A stretch of DNA of 64,000 nt, from contig NC_087247.1 of NCBI RefSeq assembly GCF_037042905.1, forward strand, positions 21,948,001-22,012,000, read 5' to 3'. This DNA comes from Lytechinus pictus (Eukaryota). The notes under the pieces are model-generated. The model ran no database searches. It saw only the letters and a list, made by a program, of their open reading frames with translations, and had not been told where the DNA came from. Position numbers and translations under genes: made by a program. Shown one piece after another: positions 1 through 13,600 of this stretch (its first letter is position 1; each line of letters opens with the position of its first letter).

Positions 1-1389
1 AAAATTTAAGTAAACGATATGAACTTAAAACTTATATCTGTTTTGGAGTTTATATAATAATAAGTTATCCCTGATAATATTTCAAAGTTTTGCAAAATTC
101 TACCTCATGCAAAGATAACAAAGGAAAATTAATTTCTCTCATTGTTTACGTGGTATGAGGACAGTTATGGAATCCTAGTTTGGTATGAATAAGTCCACTA
201 CATGTCAACGTCATGTTTGGTATTTCAACGGATGTAATCCATCAGAGAGGGTTTCAGGAATTGACGCAAGTCAGTGATATCATCTGTGAAGTGCCAGAAG
301 GAGGCTAATGAAGAAGTTGAAGAAAACTTGAGTTTTGCCAAAGGAAATTGAAAATTCCTCCATATTCGAAATCTTCCACAATAAACAAAAATCAATTGGT
401 CATTCTATAAAGTATCTCTATGTTTTCCCCTTTAGCTGTTTTTTTTTTTCTTTTAAGTGTTTGTATAAAATTTCAACTGATTTCTTGTCATTTCGATGAT
501 AATTAGACCATGGGGGAGGGGATGGTAAAATAAAAAAATACATGCTAAATATATAATTGATTTTATTTTTTTTTTCAAATTTTATCATGGACTTACAGAT
601 ATGCTTAAATAAAAAAAAATTGCAACTTTTATGTTCAGAAAAAAACTTGTATTCCAAGTTTCCACACTGCATTTTGCCACAACACAAATTACATATAGAA
701 TAAATATAATGATATATTGGTTAATGTCCTTATGGCTCCAATGGCTGCCATGATACAGGTTAGCATTTGGATGTGTGTCTCCGTCTGAGAGGTATGTAGA
801 GTGTCTGAAGAGTCTTCAGTGAGGCATCTACAATGTGGGAAGGAGATAAGACAGACGCCATTCTAGATAATGTGTAGTGCCATATCAAGCTACACATTAC
901 TTTCCAGAGTTTCTCGTTCATCAGTGCAATATATAGATCTGGAATTCTGCTTGATGTGCTGTTTGTAGTCGGCTTGAGAAATCTGATGCTCTTCTACTAA
1001 GAATTTGAGGGGTACTTGGAGTATTGCTTAATTTAGAAAATGAAATTTAATGACATTACCTCTTGAATCTAATGCAAAAGGTCCCAAATATTTCACAATT
1101 TTTTTCATATCCATTTGAATTTTTCCTAACAAGCAGATAAGTTTTCTTCTATAGTTGACTTTGCTAGTTACAAGAACAATATTAAGATATATAGAAGAGG
1201 GAATGTGAAAGAAGATTTTAGATGTTGAATTTTATTGAGCCGTTTTTCTATTTTTTTCACAGGGGAATATTTTTTTACATGCCATAGAGTTTGCTCAATG
1301 GAGTAACAACATTTACCTTTGTTGTTCATTGGTACATATTTGAACTTGCTAAAATAAAGATTTCCTTTCTATTCTTGACCAATCTTTAG

Positions 1390-1668
1390 TACTCCCTTCA
1401 GACTGACATGTCACGGCGCCAGCTGGAGTACGAAGCCCGCCAGCTTAGAGAGTTGATGCAAGAGAGACTGGGATCTATGGAGGACATCGCAGCAAGGCAT
1501 CGGATGCGCATGCAGAGGCTAAGTGCAATTGAATATGAGCTCAGGCAGGTTCAAGAACAACAGCAACATCAACAACAGCAGCAACATCAACAACAGCAGC
1601 AACAACATCAACAGCAGCAACTACAACAACAGCAACTTTTAGCCCAAGTATGGGAGCAGGGTGCACAG
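1390..1668 (+). CDS. APC: APC exon: coiled coil YSLQTDMSRRQLEYEARQ followed by a poly-Q tract
   Basis: Acceptor ctttag|TAC at 1389/1390 and donor CAG|gtatga at 1668/1669. Matches vertebrate FSLQTDMTRRQLEYEARQ. Confidence 0.93.
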
Positions 1669-4600
1669 GTATGAAGCCTTTTGTCTGTCTTCTTTTCTGT
1701 TCCCAGATAAAATGAAATTGCTTTAAAAGTTTCTTTGGATTGGTTTGAACCTGTATCCCTTACGATTTGCTAAAGGGTTTTTGGATTTTGTCTGAATTAT
1801 TAATATATTAGCAGATTTCAAAGTCCTTAGCAATTTTTCAGGAAAAAAAGGTTTTTGAAAGAACTTATATTAGTATAGCATTTGTTTTTATGTATACATG
1901 TATGGAGGTGCATTCACAAATTACTTGTTTGTGATAATATGAAGTATCTAAAGGGTAGAGTCCAAAGATGATGTATTATCAGTGAGATATCAATGTCAAA
2001 AAATATAAAAGCATTGTTGCTGCATGACTAATGTTTTTATTTATTATATATGTCATTGTCTGACTTATCTTGGTTACTCTAGAATAAAACATACAAATGC
2101 ATTGAGATGTTTGTTTGGTATTTTTTTTTTGTCATTTAGGCTTCCCTCTCTGATGATGCTCTGAGGTTAGTGTACAGTCAGAGCCTGAATGCAGCCGGTG
2201 GAGGTACAAACAGCAAGCGATCATCAGCAAGTTCACATGATTCAAACTCCCATGGTAGCCCTGCATCACATCGACGAGCAGCCAGTCTGGTCATCGATGC
2301 CAAAACAGACTTCGGTCTCAGTGGTTCTCCACCAAATGGTCTAAGACCAAATCCTACCTCTTCCACACAAACTGCTACAGACAGCCCCTATATACACCTG
2401 TCAAACGATGGATCGGTGCAAGCAGGTGGCATGCAACAGCCACCATTGCAGCAGAAACAACCGCTACAACAGCAGCAAACGGGAACAGGTATTGCTCCGC
2501 CGTGTCCACCAACCTTCTTCCATGGAGCATGGCCCTTTCTCAACAACCTGCATGCGGGTGCTAATCTGAATGGGGATACGATGGAACAGGTCTTGGGAAA
2601 AATTCCTTTTGGTGTTGCTGGAGGTGGTGGTGGTGGTGGTGGGAGTGGTCCAGGGAGTGGTAATGGTGAGCAGGAAACATCTAGTGTTATGAGTTTTGGA
2701 TCATCATCCTGTTCTGGTACAGGTCCAAGGAAGAGTTCTACTGCTGGTGCTAACAACCAACAACTCGGAGTCAAGGTAAAAACTTTGAAGCATGTTCTCT
2801 CAGGATATTTTGATCATGATTATTCTACTTCGCAGTATTGCTAATTTCTTTTAGATTCATGACTTTTTTCATCGAAATTCATTATTTTTCTTCTATTTAA
2901 GTTAAAAAGCAGGAAATGTTACCTACGTTTAGGTTTGTTAAAGGAATACTTACATGTAAATTTCTTTTAATGGTATTTGCTGTGAAATTTACAACGAAAA
3001 AACTAGAATTGGTTGTTTTTCACTGTTATATAAATGTAAACCTCTCAGTACTTATTATGTGCATAAAAACATTAATATAAACAGATGATTCTCAGTTATG
3101 ATGTCCTATTATTCCTTTTCTCATTGGTAAACTATAATCTTTTTTGTATTAATCTTGGGGGTTGTACTTGATAAATATATTTTTATTTCTGACAACTTGT
3201 ACATTTGCTAGTAGAATTGTTGTATTCCTAATTTTATATCATTTTTTTCAAAGTGTGCTTTTATTATATTAAATCTTTTTAATATGTGCTACATTTGTAG
3301 AAATAAATGAATTAAATTGAAATCAATTAAATGTTTTTATTTTCCATTTCTTCCTTTAGGTTGGGTTTGTGTACTCTCTACTCTCCATGTTAGGTTCGCA
3401 TGACAGGGATGACATGGCAAGCACGCTACTCATGATGTCCAGGTCTGCCGATAGTTGTCTAGCTATGAGGCAGTCTGGTAAGGAATTTAAAACATTTCAA
3501 GTTATATCTGTATTCTGTAAGCTTGATGCATGGGTGTTGATCAAGGGTAAAATGGTGTCAGCAAGAAAGGAGTTTCAATGGGGCACACATATAACCTCGC
3601 TGAACTGAAGACCAGAAAATTGCAAATTTGGCATTGGTCTACATTTCAGCTCTAATTGTTTTTTTAATAAAGATGATAAGCAAATGAGATTGATTGTATG
3701 TTTCATGAATTAATAATTAGAAGTGGTGGCAACTTCATTTGTTTGGTATTTTCCTAGGTTCAAGATCTTGATAATATTATTAGAATAACCAGTTGATGGC
3801 ACTTCATAATTGTTGCTTTCATACACTCGGCCATTAATCTGCATATTCTACAAAAATTGTTGTGTTATATTATTACTGACCATTTTTTTTTCTAAATGTA
3901 CATTTGTCTTAGTGAGCTAAATATATTATAAGGTACATATATATCATTTTTGTTAAAGGAAATATTATTATCCTTGTCATTTATGAGGAAGTTTCTGTGC
4001 TATATCATTTTCCTTGATTCCTCACCAGGTTGTATACCCCTCTTAATCCATATCCTGCATGGAACGGACCAGGAGTCTGTGCTGGGTAACTTCAGGGGGA
4101 GTCAGAAGGCAAGGGACTGTGCCAGCACAGCCCTTCATAACATTGTACATCTCAACCCTGATGAGAAGCGACGTAAGCAGGAGGGGCGTGTCCTTCGTCT
4201 CCTTGAACAAATCAGGTCCTACTGTGACACCCTTGTGGAGACCGAAAATAAGGAGAGTGGTGAGTCTGGTAGCTTTCACATTTTATGTTCTAGAAGAGTT
4301 CAAATCCAAATTAGAAAGGTTTGGGAAAATATAAACAATGTATAGAAATAATTCAAAAAAACAGTCTGACATCTTCTTTACAATGTCATTTTTATGTTAA
4401 CCAGTGTTTTTTTTTTTTCTGCACTGAACTTAGAATTAACTGATGTGGACTAATGAGCTATTCAGCAAAGTTGCAACCATATACTTCAAACGGCTTTATA
4501 ATTATTTCGTAATCGATAAAAATAGAAACATGCTCACCTACAAACTTTTTACAACAATCCTTTTTTTGCATGTTTATTCTTAAATGTATTGCAATTATTT

Positions 4601-7600
4601 GGTTTTTTTTGTTTTTATACATGACCACTTTTTATTTTAATTTCCATTTCTTATATTGTCAACTTTGGCATCAAGAAATTCTATGTTACCTTAGTTCAAA
4701 ATTGTGTTTTCTGTTGCAAACTGCTTCCCAGGTCAATGTGCTGCTACGCAAAAATTCTTATGAAAACTGAAGAGAGAAAAGAATGTGGAAACTAATTTTA
4801 CGTATGGGATAAATATCAATGGCCATCACATGCTTTATGGGGCGAGCATGATGGACCTATTGCGGAAAGAGTCACTTTTAAACACAACTTAAGAAACGAA
4901 GTGCCAGTCCTTGATATGCATGTTTCATTGGTTGAAAATAAATTTTTGGCAAAGTTTGATTTGTTCGAGTTGCAGTTGATTATAACTCTTTCCGTAAAGA
5001 GTTGCTGTACCCGAGTTTCCTTTCTAATAAGCATAATGTTATATGTGTTTTATGGCAGCATCAAGTCAGAGTGCTCTACCAATAGATCACAATCCTGGTC
5101 CTGCTATGGCTGCTCTCATGAAGCTCTCATTTGATGAGGAGCATCGCAGTGCAATATGCCACCTAGGTAAGGGTTTAATCTACAACACAACTCTATCTAA
5201 CGTGTGAGTCAAAAAAATGCTTGACACCTCACAAATCCCCAATTTTAGGGGAAAATATGTCAGAGACACGTAATTATTATACATGGCCTGAAAGATATGT
5301 TCTCCCAATTAATTTGATACCTCATTTATGTGGTATGTGTTAACTTTTGGCTGATCAGGAGGTATTCTTTGTAGTGGTGTAAATTTTGATTTGCACCAAA
5401 GTAAGGCATGACTGCATAGAACAAATCCAGATGACAGATGTCACTGATGTCATAATCCTACAAGGGTTGCATTAAAATCCATTTCAAAATACTTTCTCAG
5501 TAATCTACATTATAATTGTTTAATAAAAACTTTTTAGTATCAATTCTCAAGTAAATTTCAATAAAAAAGGATTGCAAATATGTAGGATTATGACATCAAA
5601 AGTTCATTTATTGCATTTCTGCCTTAATTTGGCACAAATCAAAATTTACATCACTGCAAAGAATACCTATTGAATATCCAAGTGTGAAGACATACCACAT
5701 TAATATGGTATCAAGATATTTGGGAGAAGATACTCTTTCCAGTCATATATAATGGTTTTGCATTCATGACACATTTTCTTCTTAAATTGGAGATTTGTGA
5801 GGTGTCATGTTTTTTTTTACTCACACCGTAGGAGTTCATCTCTAGCTACAACACTCGTACTTACTGTATAATTCTAGTACTCTCACACTGGTGAAATGGA
5901 ACCCTGATCAACAAAAGCTATTGTGTTATTCCCAATGACAACCCATCGGTCGGTCTTTAAATCATTTACATCAGTGTGACTGTAGCATTCAAATATGGAA
6001 GATAAATATTGTTCATATAAATTGTAACCATATGTGGTAAATAAGTGATGGCTGTAGTCAATATAAAATTAGAACTGAAATGGAAAATTTCAGATGGCTA
6101 TATTTGTCTTTAGTGATACCATTGTATGGTGTTCAATTTCATTCCCTGATTTATATAATAATTTATGATGGAAAAGTCTTATGTCATATTTTATCTGTGC
6201 ACTTATTATACAAATGCGCATAGTTAAGTAGCTGGAATTAGAATATTTCTCTTGTGCCTTTGCATTGTGACATAGCTGTATCACTATACAGGTAGATCCT
6301 ATGTCAATATTGATCAAGTCAATATTTGTTTTATGAATGATGAAATGTCAAAGGTCAGTCTGCTGTGACATAAGCACTTTTTCAGAGTTTTATGAATGGT
6401 TTATATGATATTTTTGAAAACAATAGATTTATGCAGCTGTTTTTTTACTATTTCTATCAATATCTGACTACTAGCTGCATGATTTTTGTAAAATTTTTTA
6501 CTCTAAATGGACAATTGAAAGTAAATCTATTATATGTTCTCTTATTTACAGGTGGCCTTCATGCAATAGCTGAACTCTTGCAAGTAGATTATGAGGTTCA
6601 CGGAAGCAGCAACGACCAGTACACAGTCACTCTGAGACGGTATGCAGGGATGGCCCTTACTAACCTGACCTTTGGGGATGTCACCAACAAAGCCCTTCTC
6701 TGCTCTATGAAAGGATGTATGAAAGCCCTGGTGGCCCTCCTTAGTGCAGAGAGTGAGGACCTAAGACAAGTAGCAGCTAGTGTTTTGAGGAACCTCTCCT
6801 GGAGGGCAGATATGGCCAGCAAGAAGGCTCTAAGGGAAGCTGGAGCAGTTGTCGCATTAATGACTTGTTCTCTGGAAGTCAAAAAGGAATCAACACTGAA
6901 GAGCGTTTTAAGTGCATTATGGAACCTTTCAGCACACTGTACTGAGAACAAGGCGGACATTTGTGCCGTCAATGGTGCTCTTGAGTTTCTGGTGGGCTCT
7001 TTAACTTATAGAAGTCCAACACGGAACTCGGCTGTTGTTGAAAACGGTGGTGGTATTCTAAGGAATGTTTCTAGCCACATCGCAACAAGTGAAAAGTACA
7101 GGCAGCTTTTAAGAAAGCACAACTGTCTTCAAATATTACTTCATCACCTGAAGTCTTCAAGCCTTACCATTGTCAGCAATGCATGTGGGACATTGTGGAA
7201 CCTGTCTGCCAGGAACAAGGCTGATCAGGATCTCTTATGGGAATTAGGTGCAGTCAGTATGCTCAAGAATCTTATCAACTCCAAGCATAAAATGATTGCA
7301 ATGGGAAGTTCAGCTGCACTAAGGAATCTGATGGCATCGCGACCTGATGTCTTGACCACAGCGGATGGCCAGAAGGAAGGCACTCCAGGACTCCATGTCA
7401 GGAAACAACGAGCGCTCCAAGCAGAGATTGATAAGAATCTGAAGGACACATATGCTGAGATGGAAGGTAGAACTGATCAACATGGCTTACTTCAAAGCCA
7501 ACAACGTGCCTCTCTCAGGAATCGAGGCCATAGATCTCGGCAGCAGCATGGTCCCGACTATTCGCCAGTTCCGCAGCGAATCCCCATCTGGAATCCCAAT

Positions 7601-10600
7601 GCCACCCCTTTACCAGATTCTCTCATGAATAGCCAGCAGAGAGCGCCTTCACCAAGCAATAGACTTCATGGAAATGTTGTGAATTCTCCTGAAACTCGTG
7701 ATGATCACTCCTTCCAAGAAGGGAAGACAAAAGAAAGTGAAGGTCAAATCACCACAAGTCAGCCTGGATCTGTCGAGAATAGTCCTGGGAAACCACATGG
7801 AGGAAGCAGGATAGCACAGGTAATGAAACTTCCTTCGACATAGCCAAAGTTCAACCATTCCTTATCTAAATACTCTATCTTCAAATTAAAACATTAGGAG
7901 AATTTCTTATTGAATATCTGAATCCATCTTAATGAATAATTTATAATAACAAATCAAATACGAAGCAGCATCGTTAGAATTCAAAAACTTGTCTCCAAAA
8001 GCTCCTAAATATCTATGGTCAATGTACAGAGCTTATGCTAATTACAGAATTGAAATTGAATTAATTCCTGGAATGCACCAAGTGCTGGAAGTAGCAGCTG
8101 GAGCTGAGGGTAATAGTAATAGAGCTCCTCTGAATAGATTTAAATAGATGGTGCTATAGAAATGGAAAAATAACCCTCTACCTCTCATTGAAAACAAGAG
8201 TAAGAAGCAGCATGACCATGACATCCTCATGATTTGAATTTTTTTCATTGATGATTATTTCAGAAGGCAAGAATGCATCTATTATTGATTTTCTTTTGTA
8301 TAATAATACTGGTATTAAATATTTGAACATAAAGTCAGTGTAATAGTAAATTGAAGTAGGTTTGATATGAATATTTATTTTTCCTTTTCAATATTTGTTT
8401 TATCTTGAATACAGATCATGCAAGAAGTAGCTCAAGCTGGTCTTCCAAATGACTCAAGCCAGGGCAGTGAGAGTCCACGTCGAGAGTCACTTGAAAGCAG
8501 GCTCCAGTCTAGAAATGGCCACCAACAAAAACCAACATGTCCTCGCTCAAGCTCTTTCACCCATATGCCACCAGAGGGTTCCAATCTTTCAAGTCGTTCC
8601 AACTCATACTCCTTTGGCTTTGATGGAGGGCAGGGCCTTGTCGCTAGGCGATCATCTACAGAAAGCATAAACAGTATTTCTAGCGATATTTTCCCAGCTG
8701 GTATCCATGAACGATTGGCGCAAAATCGATCTCAGATGGATCACTCTCAATCAGCGGACAGCTCTCTCAACATGCATGGGACTGGAAGGAACCTTCAGAA
8801 CAATGCATTGGTGCACTCTGCAGATGAGGCTTTTGGTACAAACATGGACTCTACAACAAACTATAGTTTAAAGTATTCTGAGGAAGATCTTCCACCAGGG
8901 ATACATAGCCCAAAGAGAACACCTCCCGAAGAGCATGGATGTAAAGAGGAAAACTCACAGCAAAGCAGCGGTGATGGAGAGCAGAATGAAGAGAATTCAT
9001 CCCAGCCATGTCAAAAGTGCAATTCACCACATAGACCTCGCGAAGGATTGGCCACAGGTAACTCTTACATGTCCAGTCAACACCAGGGAATATTTCCACA
9101 ACAGTATTCAGACCAGTCAGTATCTTCTCATCACAATGTCCTAGATACAATCCAAGGATCAAGTATGTACTCGAACATGGATAACAGTGAACCTTTCACA
9201 CAAGATGATGAGAGGCCAACTGATTTTTCTCAAAGATATGCAAATGATATGTCACATGGAGAGGATGCAGAAAGTTTTGGGTTTGTCCAGACAACTTTAG
9301 AGACCAACACAGGTGGGACTGTTTATATGAGTAGCGAGGAGCCAGAGGTGCGTGATAGTAGCTACAATGTTTCATCGAATCAAGAGATTCCATCAAGTTT
9401 GGTGTCTCAGTTTGGATCAGAGCATGGAGGATCACGACATTCGGTTGCATCAAGCCATCATGAGGAAGAAGAGTCACAACCATGCAGTCATGATGACAAC
9501 ACAAAGACATACTGTGTAGAAGGAACCCCCGGCCCAATTTCAAGATGTTCCTCACTCAGTTCACTTGATTTAAATGAGCTGAACGAGGATGAGAAAAGTA
9601 AAGATGACAGTGCTCATTCACCTGGTGATGACCTACAAACCACTACACCTCCAAATGAGCCAACCCCTGTAAAAATGACAAATAAGCAAGTTTTGCTGCA
9701 GCTCCCATCGGACGTTCACCACCATGATGAAGTCCAAGAAACTCCTCTGGTCTTTAGCCGATGCAGTTCAGTGTGTTCACTCAGTAGTGATGATGTGCCA
9801 GATATATGCGATGATGTAAGCTCAATTTATACCAACAGTCGTGCAGCTAGTGGTTTTGTGAGTCCGAGTGAATTACCAGATAGCCCCAGTGATACAATGC
9901 CACCCAGTCCTAGAAGAACATCGCAGGGTAATGTCAAGGAAGATATTCAAAATGCTCCTAAGCTTCCTGAAATGGAAGAAAAGCCCACAATGTATGCAAC
10001 TGAAGGAACACCCATTGACAATTCCTGTGCTACAAGCCTGAGTGCTTTGACAATTGACGGCGATGTCAAAGCTACAGTTGCAAAACGTCTCTTACCACCT
10101 GAAGGGAATGAGGGAAGTGAAGATGCTGGCAGTAAAGACAAAGAGAATGCAGATGAAAAGAACGTTGAACCAAGTGGGAATGACTTTTCAGAACAAGAGC
10201 AGAGTCTGTTAGATGAATGTATTAATGCAGCATTGCCAGTGAGAAGAAAGGGAATACCAAAGCCATCAAAATCTAAAAGCAAGAGAGATGTTACCAGCAA
10301 GAAGATACCTGTGAGTCAAAAGCCGTCAACTAGTAAGCACGTCAGTTTTGAGAAGTCAAATTCTGCTCAATCCACTGCCCTGCAGGATGTATCAAAGCCA
10401 TTTTGCACAGAGGACACTCCAGTGAACTTTTCTGCTGCTACTTCGCTCAGTGATCTAAGCATAGAAGACATTGAGATCGAGAGTTCATCAGATGGGAAAC
10501 TTATGATTACAAATCCAGACAGAAGTGCCATGGAGAAACCTAGTGGTATTGAATCAGATAATCAAGTGCAAACTTCAGGGGATCTTCTACATTACATGGA

Positions 10601-13600
10601 TGATGCCAGGTCTGAAACTAACTCTGTCACAAAGGAGGCAGAGGATTCCATGTTACAGGAGTGTATTAACTCTGCCATCCCAAGATCCAAATCTAGCAAG
10701 CCTCGTACATCACTACTTGCCAAACACAGATCACCCCGACACATTGGAAAGTTTAGATCACCGAAGGGAGTTGCACCTCGAAAGAGATTGCCAAGTACAG
10801 ATGTGCGTCACAAGAGTCCATCTCCCATCCCTGAGATGAGCTCAGATACCAGATCTACTTCAAGCCAAGAACGAGGGCAAGACTGGGTGAACAATCCGTC
10901 ACCTCCTCCTGATACTGTTACAACCTACTGCATGGAAGGAACACCAGGAATATCCAATGCTACATCCTTAAGTGACCTTACTTCTCCCATTGATTCCGAA
11001 GATGTCAATGGAAACATCACTTCTCAAAATTTACCTCAGAACAGAAGTACCTTAGGTGTTGGAGTCAGCATGGGGAGTACTCCATCTGATACACCCCGTG
11101 TTTTTGCAGTTGAAGGCACACCTATCAATTTTTCATGTAATGGTTCGCTAAGCTCATTAAGCTGTGATGAGGATGCCGACCTTGCTGAAGCTAAAGCTCA
11201 AATGAAAGAAGTTAGTAAAAGGAAACAAGCAGATGGAGGTTCAAGTAGACAGCAGACAATGATTCCCAAGCAGAGAACATCCTTCTCAAATCCCATTGAA
11301 CAGGTTCATAGTCCTGATAAAAAGTATTACAGCATGAATGATTATCATAATGCAGATGCTGCTAAGAGTGCAATGTCTCCTCTGGACTCTCCAAGAGTGT
11401 TTGCTGTGGAAGGTACCCCTGGTGTTATATCCAGGGCAGATTCACTCAGTTCTCTCAGTTGTGATGAAGAGGATGCATCACCACAACAAGCAGATGAACG
11501 TGGAACGGTAGAAAAAAGTGCAAAAGAGAGACTCGCTGAAAAGACACGGACGTCCAGGATAAGTGGTAACAGAATGAATCATCTTGGTGAAAGTTCTATG
11601 GCTATGAGGAGACTGAGCTCGGAGGAGGCACCTCTAAGCTACGCCGTTGAAGACACACCAACTTGCTTTTCCCACAATTCAAGTTTGAGTGCATTGAGTG
11701 ACAATGATGAAGAAGAGCGACCAGATCTCACTGAACAGTGGCAGGATGAAGAAAGTCAACAACAAAGGTCGACTGAGAGTGCCAATGGAATCAACAAGGA
11801 TTCCAGGAGAGTGTTTGCAACAGAGGACACCCCTGTTTGTTTTTCAAGAAACAGTTCTCTTAGTTCTTTGGATGCAGAATCTGATGGAGATGCTGCTAGT
11901 GAGCAGGCTTTGCTGGATGAGTGCATCATATCTGGCATGCCGCAATCAAAAGGCAAGAAACCTGTTAAGAAAATAAATGGCAAGGTCATTTCAGGTGGTC
12001 CATCTATGGAAGATGATGAAAGTTCTGCTACCATCAAGGAAAATGAATCAAAACCTGTTAGAAGGGGACCAAGAATCAGCAAACCATCAGATAGTGTGGA
12101 GGAGAAATCTGTAACTGAGGAAGAGGATGGCCCCAAAGGAATTAAAGGTGGGAAAAAGGTGTACCGAAGTCCCATTACTGGCAAAATACGATCTATCACA
12201 CCACCAAAGAGTGTTATGGCCCCAAAAAGTCCTGCAGCAACTAGAGGTGGCCTTGCTAAAGGAAGTCCCACTACATCAAGAGGAAGGGGTGCTATTCGAG
12301 GTGCCAGAGGTGGCCTTACTCGCAGTGCTTCTACAACTCCACCAAGGAGTGCAACCCCAACTGGTAGAGGAACCCCTCCTAGGACTACCACACCTCCTCG
12401 TACAACATCACCTATGACAGCAGGGAGGACCACTACGCCTCCAAGAACCACTTCACCAAGATCTGGAACTCCACCAAGGCTCACACCTTCACCAAAAGGA
12501 CCTAATGGAAATAAGAATATTACCCCTGTAAGAAATACTACAAATTCAGCCCGTAGCATCACACCACCAAGGCCGGTAAGGAAATCCTCCCTTGATTCTC
12601 AAAAAGATGGAGATGCCAAGAGTGAAACTTCTTCACGTAGGTCTTCAAAAGAAAGCATCAGCAATATCCCCAAACCTAGACAGATAAAAAACCCTAGCAA
12701 AACCTCTCCTAGCAGTTCAACCTCACCAAAGCCACCAACTGGTCGTGGCTCTCCTGCTGGAAAACCTCCACTCAGCACAAGTAGATCAGCAAGTCCAAAA
12801 TCAAAGATGCCGGTGCCTTCAAGATCAAACAGCCCTTCTACAAAGACAACTGGTTCTGTTGGCACTCCAAGAAAACCTGTGAACAAAAGCCCATCTACCA
12901 ACAAACCTGTCGATGACTCTACATTGGGTGATGAAGAATTGACATCACAAATGAAAAGCATTAGCTTAGAAAGTGATGGAGGTTCACCTGATTTAGACGA
13001 TGGTGATCGACCAGTGCTGCTCAAACAATCAACATTTACAAAAGATAGTGCATCACTCCCTGAACAAACTCCTGAAATGAATCCATTAAGTGGAGACGAG
13101 AAGGTTCTGTCTCCAGTGCAATCAGAAGAGGCTCCATCAGTGACTGAAAGTGAATCCAGTTTATCTATGTCTAAAGGTGGATGGAGAAAGACGAGCAGTG
13201 GTATCCAGGGGTCGCAAGAGGGTCAAAAGTCTTCCACTGGAAACAAAACAGTCAGTAAACCCACTGGTGTCTCAAAAATCACTCCAAAGAGGACTAATTC
13301 CCCAGGTCTTAGGTCACCTGCTACTAGATCTTCTTCCCCAGGTCAAAGGACAAATGCACCTGCAAAAAGGTCAGAGTCACCATCTAGAGTGTCTACTACA
13401 TCTCAAAGATCAGAATCTCCTTCCAGAGCATCAACAACCTCACAAAGCTCAGTGTCTAAGCAGAGGACCATCCCACAAACAAAGGGACCAGGGTCTACAC
13501 AAAGAAATAACTCTGCAACTTCCAAGATCAACTCAGGACTTCAGAAATCTGGAGGTCTGAGCAAAAGATCATCATCGCCATCAGGTGTGAAAACAAATCC

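Noticed and set aside
3950-6551. ORF-track starts at 3950, 4901 and 6392 as separate genes
   Set aside because: 3950 and 6392 are intronic extensions of APC exons, and 4901 is the wrong frame over exon 5059-5166.
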